64,000 nucleotides of DNA from Vulcanimicrobiota bacterium. GTDB taxonomy: Bacteria > Vulcanimicrobiota > Vulcanimicrobiia > Vulcanimicrobiales > Vulcanimicrobiaceae. The translations under genes were made by a program, and so were the position numbers. The notes beneath the pieces were generated by a model. That model saw nothing but the letters and a program-made list of their open reading frames with translations, did not search any database and was not told where the DNA came from. The stretch is from NCBI GenBank assembly GCA_963812155.1, contig CAWETW010000003.1, forward strand, positions 64,001 through 128,000. Direction: 5' to 3'. Positions 25,997 through 36,167 of the stretch are shown here, piece by piece. Each line of letters opens with the position of its first letter. Position 1 is the first letter of the stretch.

Positions 25997-26950
25997 GTGT
26001 CCGAGCGCATTCCGGTCACGGTTGGTTCGCGGCGGCTGTCGTTTTCGAATCTCGATAAGGTCCTGTGGCCGCGCGACGGTTACACGAAGGGCGACCTCAT
26101 CGAATACTACCGCGCAGTAGCCGGCGTCATCGTGCCGTATCTCGAGGAGCGTCCGTTGACGCTGCAGCGGTATCCCGACGGCATCGACGGTTTTTCGTTC
26201 TTCGAAAAACGTCTTCCCAAGGGCGTGCCGGATTGGGTCGATCGCGTCACCGCGTCGTCGGCGGAGGGTGGAAAGAAGGTCACGTACGTCGTGTGTAACG
26301 ACGAGCCGACGCTCGCGTACGTCGCCAATCTTGCATCGATCGTCCTGCACGCATGGACCTCCCGCGTGCAGACGCTCGACGATCCGGATTTCGTATTCTT
26401 CGACGTCGATCCGGGAGAGAAATGCACGCTCAAGACGCTCGCGACCGTTACGCTTGCAATCCGCGACACGCTCGAGGGCATCGGATTGAAGTCGCTGGTG
26501 AAAACGTCGGGCGGCATGGGATTGCACGTGTTCGTGCCGCTGGCTGCGGGCTACACCTACGAGACCGCCAAACTCTTCGCAGAACTCCTGGCGCGCCAGG
26601 TCGCGCAGAATCTGGGCAGTGCGGTGACGCTGGAACGAACGGTTTCCAAACGCGATCCCAAAGCCGTCTATCTCGATTACGTTCAGGTCGGCCGCGGGAA
26701 AACGTACGTCGTCGCGTACTCGGTGCGCGCGCGCGACGGAGCGCCGGTCTCTACGCCGCTGGAATGGGATGAGGTCGAAGCGTTTGCGCGCAAACGCGGC
26801 GCAACGATGCCCGCGGATGCGTTTGCCGCTTTTACGATGCGCACGGCCCCCAAGCGCCTCAAGAGCCGCGGCGATCCCTGGGCGGGAGCGGCTTGGAAGA
26901 AGCAGCGGCTCGAGGGAGCCATCTCCAGAGCCCAATCGACCTGGACGTAG
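25997..26950 (+). CDS. LigD polymerase (primase-polymerase) domain protein
   Basis: SNLDKVLWP, TKGDLIEYY, RYPDGI, FFDVDPG, KTSGGMGLHV, YSVRA. Confidence 0.92.
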   Translation: MSERIPVTVGSRRLSFSNLDKVLWPRDGYTKGDLIEYYRAVAGVIVPYLEERPLTLQRYPDGIDGFSFFEKRLPKGVPDWVDRVTASSAEGGKKVTYVVCNDEPTLAYVANLASIVLHAWTSRVQTLDDPDFVFFDVDPGEKCTLKTLATVTLAIRDTLEGIGLKSLVKTSGGMGLHVFVPLAAGYTYETAKLFAELLARQVAQNLGSAVTLERTVSKRDPKAVYLDYVQVGRGKTYVVAYSVRARDGAPVSTPLEWDEVEAFARKRGATMPADAFAAFTMRTAPKRLKSRGDPWAGAAWKKQRLEGAISRAQSTWT

Positions 26951-26954
26951 CCGG

Positions 26955-27035
26955 TGTCACCCTGAGCGGAGCGTGCGCAGCACGCGCAGTCGAAGGGCTG
27001 AGCGGAGCGCGGCGAAGCCGCGCGCAGTCGAAGGA
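26955..27035. repeat. Two tandem REP-like units (CTGAGCGGAG-hairpin-GCAGTCGAAGG)
   Basis: Same scaffold as 6577-6627 with different central hairpins. Confidence 0.7.
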
Positions 27036-27081
27036 CGAAGGGCGGGACTTGGCGCCGGAAATCGGGTAGAATGGCCAGACT

Positions 27082-27933
27082 ATGGCGCATGCAATTTGGT
27101 CCGGAGCCATTAACTTCGGGTTGGTCACGATACCGGTGAAGGTCTTTACGGCGGTCAAAACCGACGAGCTGTCGTTCAATCTGCTGCACAAGAAAGATGA
27201 GGGACGCATCAAATACGAACGCGTCTGCAGCGTCGACGGCAAGACGGTGCCGTGGGACGAAATCGTCAAAGGATATGAGTTCGAAAAGGGCCAGTACGTC
27301 CTCCTGACCGACGAGGATTTCAAGAAGGTCAATCCCGAGGCGACGCAGTCGGTCGACATTTTGGAGTTCGTCGAACTCGATAAAATCAATCCGATGTTCT
27401 TCGACAAGCCGTACTACCTCGAGCCGACCAAACAGGGACGCCATGCCTACGCGCTGCTGCGCGAGGCACTCGCAAAGAGCAATCGGGTCGCGATCGCCCG
27501 CGTCGTGATTCGCACCAAAGAGTACATCGCCGCCGTAAAACCGCTCGACGATGCGCTGGTGCTCGAACTGATGCACTGGGCGACCGAAATGGTCAGCCCG
27601 GGCACGCTGGAGCTGCCGGGTTCGGAGAAACTTCCGGAGGCGGAAATGAAGATGGCGAAGATGCTCATCGACACGATGAGCGTCGATGCGTTCGAACCCG
27701 ACAAGTTCGTCAACCGCTATCACGACGAAGTGCTCGCGATGATCGACGCTCGTGCCAAAGGCCAGGAGTTGCCCAAGGCCAAGAAGGCGCCCCCGCGCGC
27801 AAAGGTGGTCAATCTCATGGACGTTCTGGCTGCGAGCCTCGAAGAGAGCAAGAAGCGCAGGGCCTCTTCCAACGGACGCAGCGCGTCGCAAGACAAGCCG
27901 CACGCCAAGCGCCGCAAAAAAACCGCTGCCTGA
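27082..27933 (+). CDS. ku: NHEJ DNA end-binding protein Ku
   Basis: AIWSGAINFGLVTIPVK, IVKGYE, YALLREAL, VVNLMDVLAASL, basic tail. Confidence 0.96.
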   Translation: MAHAIWSGAINFGLVTIPVKVFTAVKTDELSFNLLHKKDEGRIKYERVCSVDGKTVPWDEIVKGYEFEKGQYVLLTDEDFKKVNPEATQSVDILEFVELDKINPMFFDKPYYLEPTKQGRHAYALLREALAKSNRVAIARVVIRTKEYIAAVKPLDDALVLELMHWATEMVSPGTLELPGSEKLPEAEMKMAKMLIDTMSVDAFEPDKFVNRYHDEVLAMIDARAKGQELPKAKKAPPRAKVVNLMDVLAASLEESKKRRASSNGRSASQDKPHAKRRKKTAA

Positions 27934-29200
27934 CCCGGCCGATCGCGAGTCGCTGCGCGCACGCATTCGCGTCGCCGTCGATCTCGCCATCGGTAACCAT
28001 GCCGCGCCGGCGCAAAGTGCACTGGCGAACGTTGCGCCGGCCGTCCAGGGCGGCGACGACGAAATGCTCGCGCTGTACTTCCAGGCGCGTGCCATTGCGG
28101 CGGTCAAGGCGCGGCGTATCGCCGAGGGCTTCGCAGCCTTCGAGTCCGCCTTAGCCGCCGCGCGACGATACGGCGTCGCCGCGCTCTGCGCGCGGATTCT
28201 GATCAACTATGGAACGGCGCTGATACAAGACGGCGATATCGCCCTTGCCGTCGCGCTGCTCGAAGAGTCGCTAGCCCTCTCGCGTTCGATCGAACGCACG
28301 ACCGCGCGCGGCACGCTCGAAAAACTGCGCGCGCTTGCGAGCACGAAACCGGTCGCGCTGACGAGTCTCGCGGAGGCGCGGTTTGCCGCGGGCGATCTCG
28401 ACGGATCGGCGGACGCCCTGCGCGAGTTCCACGCGATGCGCAGCGGTAACAGCGGCGATCTCGTCGTCGCTGCCGCGGTGGGCATTCCGCTCGCGACGCT
28501 GCGCGGCGACGACGTGCTGCTGCGTCAGAGTTGGGATCCGAGTCTGCTCGACCTTGCCTTTGCCCGCCGCGAGCAGTGGCTCTGCGGCCCGCTCGTCGAA
28601 GCTTTCTGCGCGCGCTTCGAGCACCTGGGACGGCGTCGCGAACACGACGCACTGCTGCTTCGAGCCGCGGCATCGCTCGAGTCGCTCGATAACAGCCTGC
28701 TGCTTGGTATTCGCCTCGGACGCCTCGGTTCGGCGGCGTGCTTGCCGCGCGTCAGCGCGCTCGTGTCGCGGCAGTGCGACGGTGACGGCGTCTTGCTGCC
28801 GGCTTACCGCGACCTTTTCGAGGCGTTCGTCGCGTCGCGGCGTCAGATCCCGGGACGGTCGCACGAGTTGGCGCTGCGGGCGCAGCGCGGCTTTGACGGC
28901 GCAGGGCGGCCGCATTTGCGGGCACTGGCGGCATCGGCGGCCGGAAAGGCGTCCGCGCTCCGCTGGAGCGGCGCGCCGGTGCCACGGCGTCTCGCCGCCC
29001 AGTTGACCGGCCGGGAACGGGAGGTCGCTGCACTGGCGGCCGACGGGATGCCGAACCGCGCCATTGCGCAGCGCCTGCGCCTTAGCGAACGTACGGTTCA
29101 TCACCACTGCGAGGCGATCTTCGGAAAGCTGGGCATCCGTTCGCGCTGGCAGCTTCCCTCGGCACTCAACGATGTGTTTGCCTCAACCGAAAATGCATAG
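27926..29200 (+). CDS. LuxR-family transcriptional regulator with N-terminal helical/TPR-like region
   Basis: C-terminal LTGREREVAALAADGMPNRAIAQRLRLSERTVHHH...KLGIRSR; start uncertain. Confidence 0.82.
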   Translation: MPDPADRESLRARIRVAVDLAIGNHAAPAQSALANVAPAVQGGDDEMLALYFQARAIAAVKARRIAEGFAAFESALAAARRYGVAALCARILINYGTALIQDGDIALAVALLEESLALSRSIERTTARGTLEKLRALASTKPVALTSLAEARFAAGDLDGSADALREFHAMRSGNSGDLVVAAAVGIPLATLRGDDVLLRQSWDPSLLDLAFARREQWLCGPLVEAFCARFEHLGRRREHDALLLRAAASLESLDNSLLLGIRLGRLGSAACLPRVSALVSRQCDGDGVLLPAYRDLFEAFVASRRQIPGRSHELALRAQRGFDGAGRPHLRALAASAAGKASALRWSGAPVPRRLAAQLTGREREVAALAADGMPNRAIAQRLRLSERTVHHHCEAIFGKLGIRSRWQLPSALNDVFASTENA

Positions 29201-29214
29201 GCAATTTACCCATG
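29196..29214. promoter_or_regulatory. Imperfect palindrome, candidate LuxR-type operator
   Basis: CATAGGCAATTTACCCATG, upstream of TATTAT and the 29275 gene. Confidence 0.4.
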
Positions 29215-29274
29215 ACCCCTGTCGGAGATGGGTCTATTATTGATTGAACAAACTCGCGGTGGAGGGACGGTACA

Positions 29275-30218
29275 TGACGGCTTCTCGTGGCTTCGTTCGG
29301 ATGCTTGGCTTTTTTCTTACGACGGTACTTCTTAGTGCGTGCGGTGACGGCATCGGCGCCTCACCGGCGACGCAATCCGTGCAGACTTCACCGCTGGCGC
29401 CGGCCGCACGTACCGGCAACCTGCTCTACGTTGCGGATTTGAATGCGGGCGACGTCTACGTCTTCTCCTATCCGGGAGGCAGGCTCAGAAGGAAGCTCAC
29501 CGGCTTTCAAGCCGTTCATTACCTGTGCGTTGACGGCGCCGGGCATATCTTCGTGGACGACACCGGCGCGAGCAAAGTGCTCGAGTACGACCGCACCGGC
29601 ACGCAGCCAATCCACACGTTTAAAACGCCGAATGCGACGCCGAATAGCTGTGCGATCGACCCCGCGACCGGGAATCTGGCGATTTCGTACAATCCGCTCG
29701 GCGATGGACCGGGCGCGGTCGACGTGTATAAACGTGCAACCGGCAAGCGGACGACGTATACCACTCCAAACGTCTTTCGCTACTATTTCATCGGTTACGA
29801 CAACGCGGGAAATCTCTTCATCGACGGCACCGATATGCACGTGACCTTCGAGCTTGCCGAACTGCCGGCCGGAGGCCAAACCACCCAAGCGATTACCATG
29901 GGCACCAGCGTGTCGTTGCCGGGCGCGATTGCGTGGGACGGACAGTACCTTGCAATCGGCGATCAAGTCTGCATCGAGTGCGCGTCGCAGATCGATCGCG
30001 TATCGGTGAGCGGCACGACGGCTACGCTCGTGGGAACGGTTGCGTTGCTTGACTCGTGCGACGTACTGCAGTACTGGATCGACAAGGGGCGCGTCATCGC
30101 CGCCGACGACTGCGGCAGCACGGTGAAGTATTTCAACTATCCCGCCGGCGGCAACTCGCTCAAGACGATTGCTTCTCCGCTCAACGAGCCCGTCGGCGTC
30201 ACGGTCAGTCCGAAGTAA
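29275..30218 (+). CDS. Secreted lipoprotein, beta-propeller (NHL/SMP-30-like)
   Basis: LLSAC lipobox, GGAGG RBS, repeated LYVAD / CVDGAG / YDNAGNLFID / WDGQYLAIGD blades. Confidence 0.75.
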
Positions 30219-30222
30219 CGCA

Positions 30223-31479
30223 CTAGCGAAGGTTTTCCGCCTTCATGGCTTCGACCTCACGGTCAAGCGGGAGCGCCGTATCGTCGCTCGCGCGTTCGTT
30301 CGACTCTCTTCGGGCGCCGAAGAGGCCCATGACGAGCGCGACCGACACGAACGAAAGCGATTCGGCGCCTGCAAACGCCGGCCCGAGGGCACCGAGCAAT
30401 CCCGTGGAGACCGGCGGCGCGAGAATTCCGGAGAGCGAGTCGAGCGAGGACGAGGTTCCAAGGACGACGCCCTGCTCGCGGTCGGATGCGGCGTTGCTGA
30501 TGAGCGCCGTGATACCGGTGTTGACCAGCGCCATTCCGAACGAGAAGAGGATCATCGTCACGGCCAAGCCGCCGATATTGTGCACGAACGGAACGTACGC
30601 AAACGCACCGAGCAGCGACACGAGGCCGACGTTCGACATACGGCGATCGCCCTGGCTGGCGTTGCTCATCGTGCGATCGCCGAGCAGCGACGAGATGCGT
30701 CCTACGAGAAAGACGTTGCAGAACACGTTGAAGACCGCAAAAATCGAAAAGAAATAATCGGTCTGCGTCAGCGAAAATCCGAGCTGCCGCTGCAAATAGA
30801 GCGAGATGACCGAGAACCATCCGTACAGGCCCATGGAGATCGCGAGCTTTTGCCAGAGAATCCGTCCCAAACGTGGTTTCTTGATAACGGCCAGGATTTC
30901 GCGCAGGCCGACGCGCGCTTCGTCGTCATCGCGTGCACGCGACTCGGGCAGCATCACGATCGTGACGAGCAGCGTCAGCAGCTGCAGGGCCGCGGCCGCT
31001 AAAAACGGCGCGGCGAAACCGAAGTGCGAGAAGAGCAGGCCGCCGGCGAAAGGCCCGAAGACCATGCCGGCGCCGAACATCGCGCCGATGAGTCCGAAGG
31101 CGCGGGAACGGTCTTTCGCCTCGATGAGGTCGGCGACGTAGGCCTGCGTGATGCTGATGTTGCCGCCCGAGACGCCCTCGATGATGCGGGCAACGAATAC
31201 CAGCGCGATGCCTGGCGCGAAGGCCAGCATCGCCCAGCCGATCGTGGCGCCGATTTGCGAGATGATCAGGACGCGCTTGCGCCCGAACCGATCCGAGACG
31301 TGTCCCCACAGCGGCGCGGTCACGAGTTGGCAGAGCGAAAAGGTTCCGAAGAGCACGCCGACGGTGAACGGCGAGGCGCCGAAGTGCGTCACGAAATAGG
31401 GCAGCATCGGAATCAGCATGCTGAAGCCGATGATGTCGATGAACGTCACGCCGAGAATCGGAAGAAGTTTACGAATCAT
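30223..31479 (-). CDS. MFS transporter (TetA/DHA1-like)
   Basis: [14 protein letters not shown] motif [12 protein letters not shown], 12 TM. Confidence 0.92.
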   Translation of the reverse strand: MIRKLLPILGVTFIDIIGFSMLIPMLPYFVTHFGASPFTVGVLFGTFSLCQLVTAPLWGHVSDRFGRKRVLIISQIGATIGWAMLAFAPGIALVFVARIIEGVSGGNISITQAYVADLIEAKDRSRAFGLIGAMFGAGMVFGPFAGGLLFSHFGFAAPFLAAAALQLLTLLVTIVMLPESRARDDDEARVGLREILAVIKKPRLGRILWQKLAISMGLYGWFSVISLYLQRQLGFSLTQTDYFFSIFAVFNVFCNVFLVGRISSLLGDRTMSNASQGDRRMSNVGLVSLLGAFAYVPFVHNIGGLAVTMILFSFGMALVNTGITALISNAASDREQGVVLGTSSSLDSLSGILAPPVSTGLLGALGPAFAGAESLSFVSVALVMGLFGARRESNERASDDTALPLDREVEAMKAENLR

Positions 31480-32419
31480 GAGGCGACTCGACCGGCAAGA
31501 TTATGGGCGTGAGCCGCTCGCTCTTGCGAAACAGCTCGAGTTTATACGATCGGCTGAGGTCGATGCTCGTAAGAATCTTATGAAGCGCGTCGAGTCCGTG
31601 GACACGCTGCCCTTCGAAGGCGACCAGCACGTCGCCGGCTCGTACGCGGGCGGTATCGGCAGGACTGCCCGGCTCGACCGAGGCCACCATCACGGCGCGC
31701 GGGTCGTCCAGTCCGAAACGGCGTGCCGCAGCCGTAGAAAGCACGACGTCTTGCCCGGCGATACCGAAATAGCCGCGGCGTACCTTCCCGTCGCGCACGA
31801 GTAATCCGGCGATGTGCTTTGCCGTGTTGATTGCGATCGCAAAGCACAGGCCTTGACCCGGAAGCACGGCGGTATTGACGCCGATGACCTCGCCGCCGGC
31901 CGTAACGAGCGGGCCGCCGGAGTTCCCCGGATTGAGCGCCGCGTCGGTTTGGATGATGTTGTCCATCAGCCGTCCCGATTGCGAACGCAGCGTGCGCCCG
32001 AGGGCACTGACGACGCCGGCCGTCACGGTATAGGCTAAACCGAACGGATTTCCCACGGCGACCACGAGTTGGCCCGGGCGCAGTGCCGCCGAATCGCCTA
32101 GAACGACATGCGCCAACTCCGGCGCGTTGACGCGCAAGATCGCGAGATCGGTGTGAGGATCGTCGCCGATCAGCGTCGCTCCTAGCTCGCGTCCGTCAAG
32201 GAGCGCGACGCCGATGCGTTGTGCGCCATGCACGACGTGGCTGTTCGTGAGCACGAAGCCGTCGGGCGTAAAGACGAATCCCGAGCCGTTGCCGCCGCTG
32301 CGACCGTTGCGGACTTCGATGCTCACGACGGCGGGGCTGACGCGCTCGGCGGCCGCCGTGACGGCCTCCGAATACGGATCGAGCGCCGGCGATTCCGCGC
32401 TGAGGAGGGAGAGGGTCAT
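31469..32419 (-). CDS. HtrA-like trypsin serine protease with PDZ domain, no signal peptide
   Basis: [28 protein letters not shown]-terminal PDZ. Confidence 0.92.
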   Translation of the reverse strand: MTLSLLSAESPALDPYSEAVTAAAERVSPAVVSIEVRNGRSGGNGSGFVFTPDGFVLTNSHVVHGAQRIGVALLDGRELGATLIGDDPHTDLAILRVNAPELAHVVLGDSAALRPGQLVVAVGNPFGLAYTVTAGVVSALGRTLRSQSGRLMDNIIQTDAALNPGNSGGPLVTAGGEVIGVNTAVLPGQGLCFAIAINTAKHIAGLLVRDGKVRRGYFGIAGQDVVLSTAAARRFGLDDPRAVMVASVEPGSPADTARVRAGDVLVAFEGQRVHGLDALHKILTSIDLSRSYKLELFRKSERLTPIILPVESPHDS

Positions 32420-32527
32420 GGTGCCTCCACAACCCACGGCTTCCAGCGGCCGGTTGCGACGCGCGTACGAAGCACCGCGCGGCGGGGAGGGTGCCAACCG
32501 GCCGGGACGAATCCCGTCCGGTCCCGC

Positions 32528-32614
32528 GCCCAGATGGCGGAATTGGTAGACGCGCTGGTTTCAGGTATCAGTGGTGGCAACATCGTGGGGGTTCGAGTCC
32601 CTTTCTGGGCACCA
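32528..32614 (+). tRNA. tRNA-Leu (anticodon CAG), encoded CCA
   Basis: Acceptor GCCCAGA/TCTGGGC, D-loop GGAATTGGTAGAC, anticodon loop TT-CAG-GT, long variable arm, GTTCGA T-loop. Confidence 0.96.
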
Positions 32615-32999
32615 AAACCAAAAGGCGCCATAAGGCGCCTTTTGGTTTTGGCCCGGAGAGTGTTCGTCCCACGATGTTGCCACCACAGCGAAGCGCGAAG
32701 CGCGGAGCGGTTTTTAAAACCTTGCTGCCGCGAAGCGGCTGCGAGCAACATCGTGGGGGTTCGAGTCCCTTTCTGGGCACCAAAACCAAAAGGCGCCATA
32801 AGGCGCTTTTGGTTTGGCCCGGAGAGTGTTCGTCCCACGATGTTGCCACCACAGCGAAGCGCGAAGCGCGGAGCGGTTTTTAAACCTTGCTGCCGCGAAG
32901 CGGCTGCGAGCAACATCGTGGGGGTTCGAGTCCCTTTCTGGGCACCAAAAGCCAAAGCGCCTATACGGCGCTTTGCTTTTGGTTGTTGCCACCACAGCG
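32577..32999 (+). repeat. Tandem array of tRNA-Leu-derived palindromic units (168 bp, 165 bp, ~90 bp partial)
   Basis: GCAACATCGTGGGGGTTCGAGTCCCTTTCTGGGCACCA starts at 32577, 32745 and 32910, each followed by a long hairpin. Confidence 0.95.
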
Positions 33000-33051
33000 C
33001 ATCGTCGATACTGCGGCCATTCAGCTATGCCGCATCGTAGATTTTTTTGCG

Positions 33052-33402
33052 CTAGTGCTGCGTGCGCTTCAAGTCTGCAACGAGTGCCTTTGCGGTCGAC
33101 TCCGGTACGCCCAACGCCGTAAACGCGGAACCGGTAAAGGTTCCGGACGTCATTTTGACGATCGTCCAACCGCTTTTGCTTTTTTTCGTCAATGCCTGGC
33201 CGGCGGCATAGTTTTTACCTGCGCTCCAGTACGCGACGATATACGGCTGCTCGGCCACCATTTTCACGTCGATGTCGGTGGCGTTAAGACGGTCCTGAAC
33301 CATTCCCGAAACGGCGACGGCGTCGTCGGGGCCGGGAATCTCCGCGACGGCCGGCGCCATGCACGCTACCGCCAGAACTATGGAAGCCAATATTTTTCGC
33401 AT
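33052..33402 (-). CDS. Small secreted hypothetical protein
   Basis: MRKILASIVLAVACMAPAVA signal peptide. Confidence 0.75.
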   Translation of the reverse strand: MRKILASIVLAVACMAPAVAEIPGPDDAVAVSGMVQDRLNATDIDVKMVAEQPYIVAYWSAGKNYAAGQALTKKSKSGWTIVKMTSGTFTGSAFTALGVPESTAKALVADLKRTQH

Positions 33403-33510
33403 CGGCGCCGTATTTGCATGCAAGCGACCGCCTACCTCCCATTGGGATGGGCATTCTGAGAGCGTAACCTCTGACATGAGCGATCGGACGCGAAGGCGAA
33501 CGCCAACCCT

Positions 33511-34902
33511 ATGATGGGACGTTGGTTAGCCATGTTCTTCGGCGTTGCGCTCATGGCCGGGTGTTCGCTCGATAACGCTGCACTCGGAGTTGGCCGGCAA
33601 GCGTCTCCAAACGTCGTGAGCGGGAAATACATCAAGCATATCGTGGTGATGGTTCAGGAGAACCGCAGCTTCGACGATTTCTTTGCCACGTATCCCGGCG
33701 CCGACGGAGCGACGTTCGGTTACACGTCCAAGGGCGTGAAGGTAACGCTCGTAAAGAGCGGCCTGCCGGCCCCCGACATCAACCACGATTGGAAGACGTT
33801 CCTTGCCGAATGTGATTTGCAGTCCGGCGGCATCTGCAAGATGGACGGATTCGACAAGGCTAAGGTCGGCGGCAACAATTTGTGTAAGTTGTGCGCGTAT
33901 CAGTACGTCGACCCCACCAAAATCGCGCCGTATTGGTCGATTGCACAGAACTACGTGCTGCTCGATCATATGTTCCAAACTCAGGGAAGCGGCAGCTTTA
34001 CAGCACACCAGGACCTCGTCGCCGGGGCAACGGCGATCAATGACACCGACAGCCTGATCGATTTTCCGAACGAGGCCAAGGTCTGGGGATGCGACGCCCC
34101 GACGCCGAGTCCGAGTAATCCGTACGGTTCGTGGGTGCCGTTGATTACGACGAACGACTTCTACGAAAACGATCCCTCCAAATATCAGTTGCCGTTTCCG
34201 TGCCTGACTTATGAAACGATGCGGGATCTTCTCGACGCGAAGAAAGTCGGCTGGAAGTACTACACGCCGACCTACGACATCAATAAGTCGAGGGGCGGCG
34301 CCGGTACCGAGTGGAATGCCTTTGCGGCGATTCATGCGGTGCGCTACGGCTCGGAGTGGGGCACGAAAGTGGTGTGGCCCGAGACCCTCGTTTGCAGCGA
34401 TATCGCGGGCGGGAAACTGCCATCGTTCTCCTGGGTAATTCCCGATCAAGTCGATTCCGACCATCCCCAGAGCAAGAACCAACAAGACGACGGTCCCGAT
34501 TGGATCGCGTCGGTCGTCAATGCGATCGGCAAGAGCCAGTACTGGAATTCGACGGCGATCGTCGTCGTGTGGGACGATTGGGGCGGCTTTTTCGATAACG
34601 TGCCGCCGAAGTTTTATTCGTCGGGGCAGCTCGGATTTCGCGTTCCGGCGCTCGTCATCTCGCCGTACGTCGCGCAGGGCAAAGTTTCGCACGTGCCGTT
34701 CGAGTTCGGCAGCATCCTGAAGTTTGCAGAGCAAACGTTCGGCCTCGGATCGTTGGGTACGACGGACGTGCGGGCTAAATCGATCGGCGACGTTTTCGAC
34801 TTCACCAAACCGCCGCGCAGCTTCGTTTCGGTGCCGACGCAGCGCACCTGCGGCGACTTTGAACGCCGCCGGCCGTCGAACTTGCCGGTCGATACGGAAT
34901 AG
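33511..34902 (+). CDS. Phosphoesterase/phospholipase C family lipoprotein
   Basis: IKHIVVMVQENRSFD, VVWDDWGGFFD, LGFRVPALVISPY; LMAGC lipobox. Confidence 0.9.
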   Translation: MMGRWLAMFFGVALMAGCSLDNAALGVGRQASPNVVSGKYIKHIVVMVQENRSFDDFFATYPGADGATFGYTSKGVKVTLVKSGLPAPDINHDWKTFLAECDLQSGGICKMDGFDKAKVGGNNLCKLCAYQYVDPTKIAPYWSIAQNYVLLDHMFQTQGSGSFTAHQDLVAGATAINDTDSLIDFPNEAKVWGCDAPTPSPSNPYGSWVPLITTNDFYENDPSKYQLPFPCLTYETMRDLLDAKKVGWKYYTPTYDINKSRGGAGTEWNAFAAIHAVRYGSEWGTKVVWPETLVCSDIAGGKLPSFSWVIPDQVDSDHPQSKNQQDDGPDWIASVVNAIGKSQYWNSTAIVVVWDDWGGFFDNVPPKFYSSGQLGFRVPALVISPYVAQGKVSHVPFEFGSILKFAEQTFGLGSLGTTDVRAKSIGDVFDFTKPPRSFVSVPTQRTCGDFERRRPSNLPVDTE

Positions 34903-35045
34903 ACGTCTAGACGAAGCTCCACACGACGGCGACGGCGGTGTATTGGGGGCGCGCGGCTTGCGGGCACCTGCTCGGGATGCCTGACTTAAAGGACTACGTC
35001 GCCTGCGGCGCCCTGCAAGCGCGATGCGCTAGGACGGTTCCCGAA

Positions 35046-36116
35046 TCAAGTGCGGCGTGGACGGCATACGAGGCCGCCGGCGGCTCGGCTCGTACTCCCC
35101 TGCACGAACACCGGTGCGTTCTTGACGAGCCACAGGCCGACGTTGGTCGTCGTGTTGACGACTGTATCGGGCCCCATAGCCTTCGCATCGTTGGCGTCGG
35201 TATTTTCGTAATCGTCTACAGCCCACTCGCTCGGCACGGCGTTGTGCAGCGCCAGCACGCCGACGAACTTCTGCGTATCGGCCGTGAACTCGCTGCTCCC
35301 GCCGTACGGAGAGATCAGCACGGTGGTTCGCAAGCCGTGGGCGTTTCCCCATCGAATGCCCTGCTCTATAAATCCTTGGTAGCCGCGACCGCTGCCGCCG
35401 GCAAGAAAAAACTTCGGCGGAGAATCAAACGCGATCCCTCCGCCGTATGCCGCTTCAAATCGAGAGAGTTCGTAGAACGGACTGTTGATATCGTAATACG
35501 CGGCACGCCTGCGGGGGAATATCGGATTACCACCCTCCCACGTCGCGTTGGGACCGACGATCGGCGCCATCGATTTGATGCCGGCCGATCTGCCGGCGAG
35601 CGTCCACATCTTCCAAGCCCGAACGTTTGCGGGCGTATAGCGGATCGCGGATGGCGGCTCGTACGGCACGTTAACGTTGGCCGCGTCAGGATTGAGAGCG
35701 CTTTCAACGTACTGATACCGGTAGTATTCGGGATAGCGGCTTGGCAAAAGCGTAAAGTAATTCGAACCAACCAAACCAAGCTCGGCTTCGCCCGGTCCGG
35801 TTCCGGCGAACACGCTCTCGATTGCATTGAGCACGGCGTAGGGCCTGGAGGACGGGCTCGCCGAGATCGCCGATGCAACCGCCACGGCGTGTTCGTAAAG
35901 CTTCACATGACCGGCTGCGAGAAGCTGGGTCGTGAAATCGGGGGCGATGAGAGTATTGAAGCCGGCCGTGCCGCCGACCGAAATGTACTCTCCCAAGTGC
36001 GAGCATGCGTTTGAAACGCTTGCCGCAGTATTCGCAGGTTCCACGATGCCGCCGCAACCGGTTCCGAGCGCGAGCATTACGCCGGCCAGCAGCCTGGTTG
36101 GGACGTTCACCCGCAT
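35046..36116 (-). CDS. Hypothetical lipoprotein
   Basis: LGTGC lipobox-like; aromatic-rich 356-aa ORF, no family recognised. Confidence 0.7.
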   Translation of the reverse strand: MRVNVPTRLLAGVMLALGTGCGGIVEPANTAASVSNACSHLGEYISVGGTAGFNTLIAPDFTTQLLAAGHVKLYEHAVAVASAISASPSSRPYAVLNAIESVFAGTGPGEAELGLVGSNYFTLLPSRYPEYYRYQYVESALNPDAANVNVPYEPPSAIRYTPANVRAWKMWTLAGRSAGIKSMAPIVGPNATWEGGNPIFPRRRAAYYDINSPFYELSRFEAAYGGGIAFDSPPKFFLAGGSGRGYQGFIEQGIRWGNAHGLRTTVLISPYGGSSEFTADTQKFVGVLALHNAVPSEWAVDDYENTDANDAKAMGPDTVVNTTTNVGLWLVKNAPVFVQGSTSRAAGGLVCRPRRT

Positions 36117-36167
36117 CCCAGTATCACCACAACGGGCCATACGTGAGATTGCGCTCCGTAAGACGAG

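Noticed and set aside
32577..32999. CRISPR array or prophage attL/attR interpretation of the repeats
   Set aside because: No unique spacers, units are ~165 bp, and there are no cas, integrase or phage genes between or near the copies.
32219..33169. ORFs with repeated peptides across the tRNA region
   Set aside because: They are translations of the tRNA and its DNA repeats.
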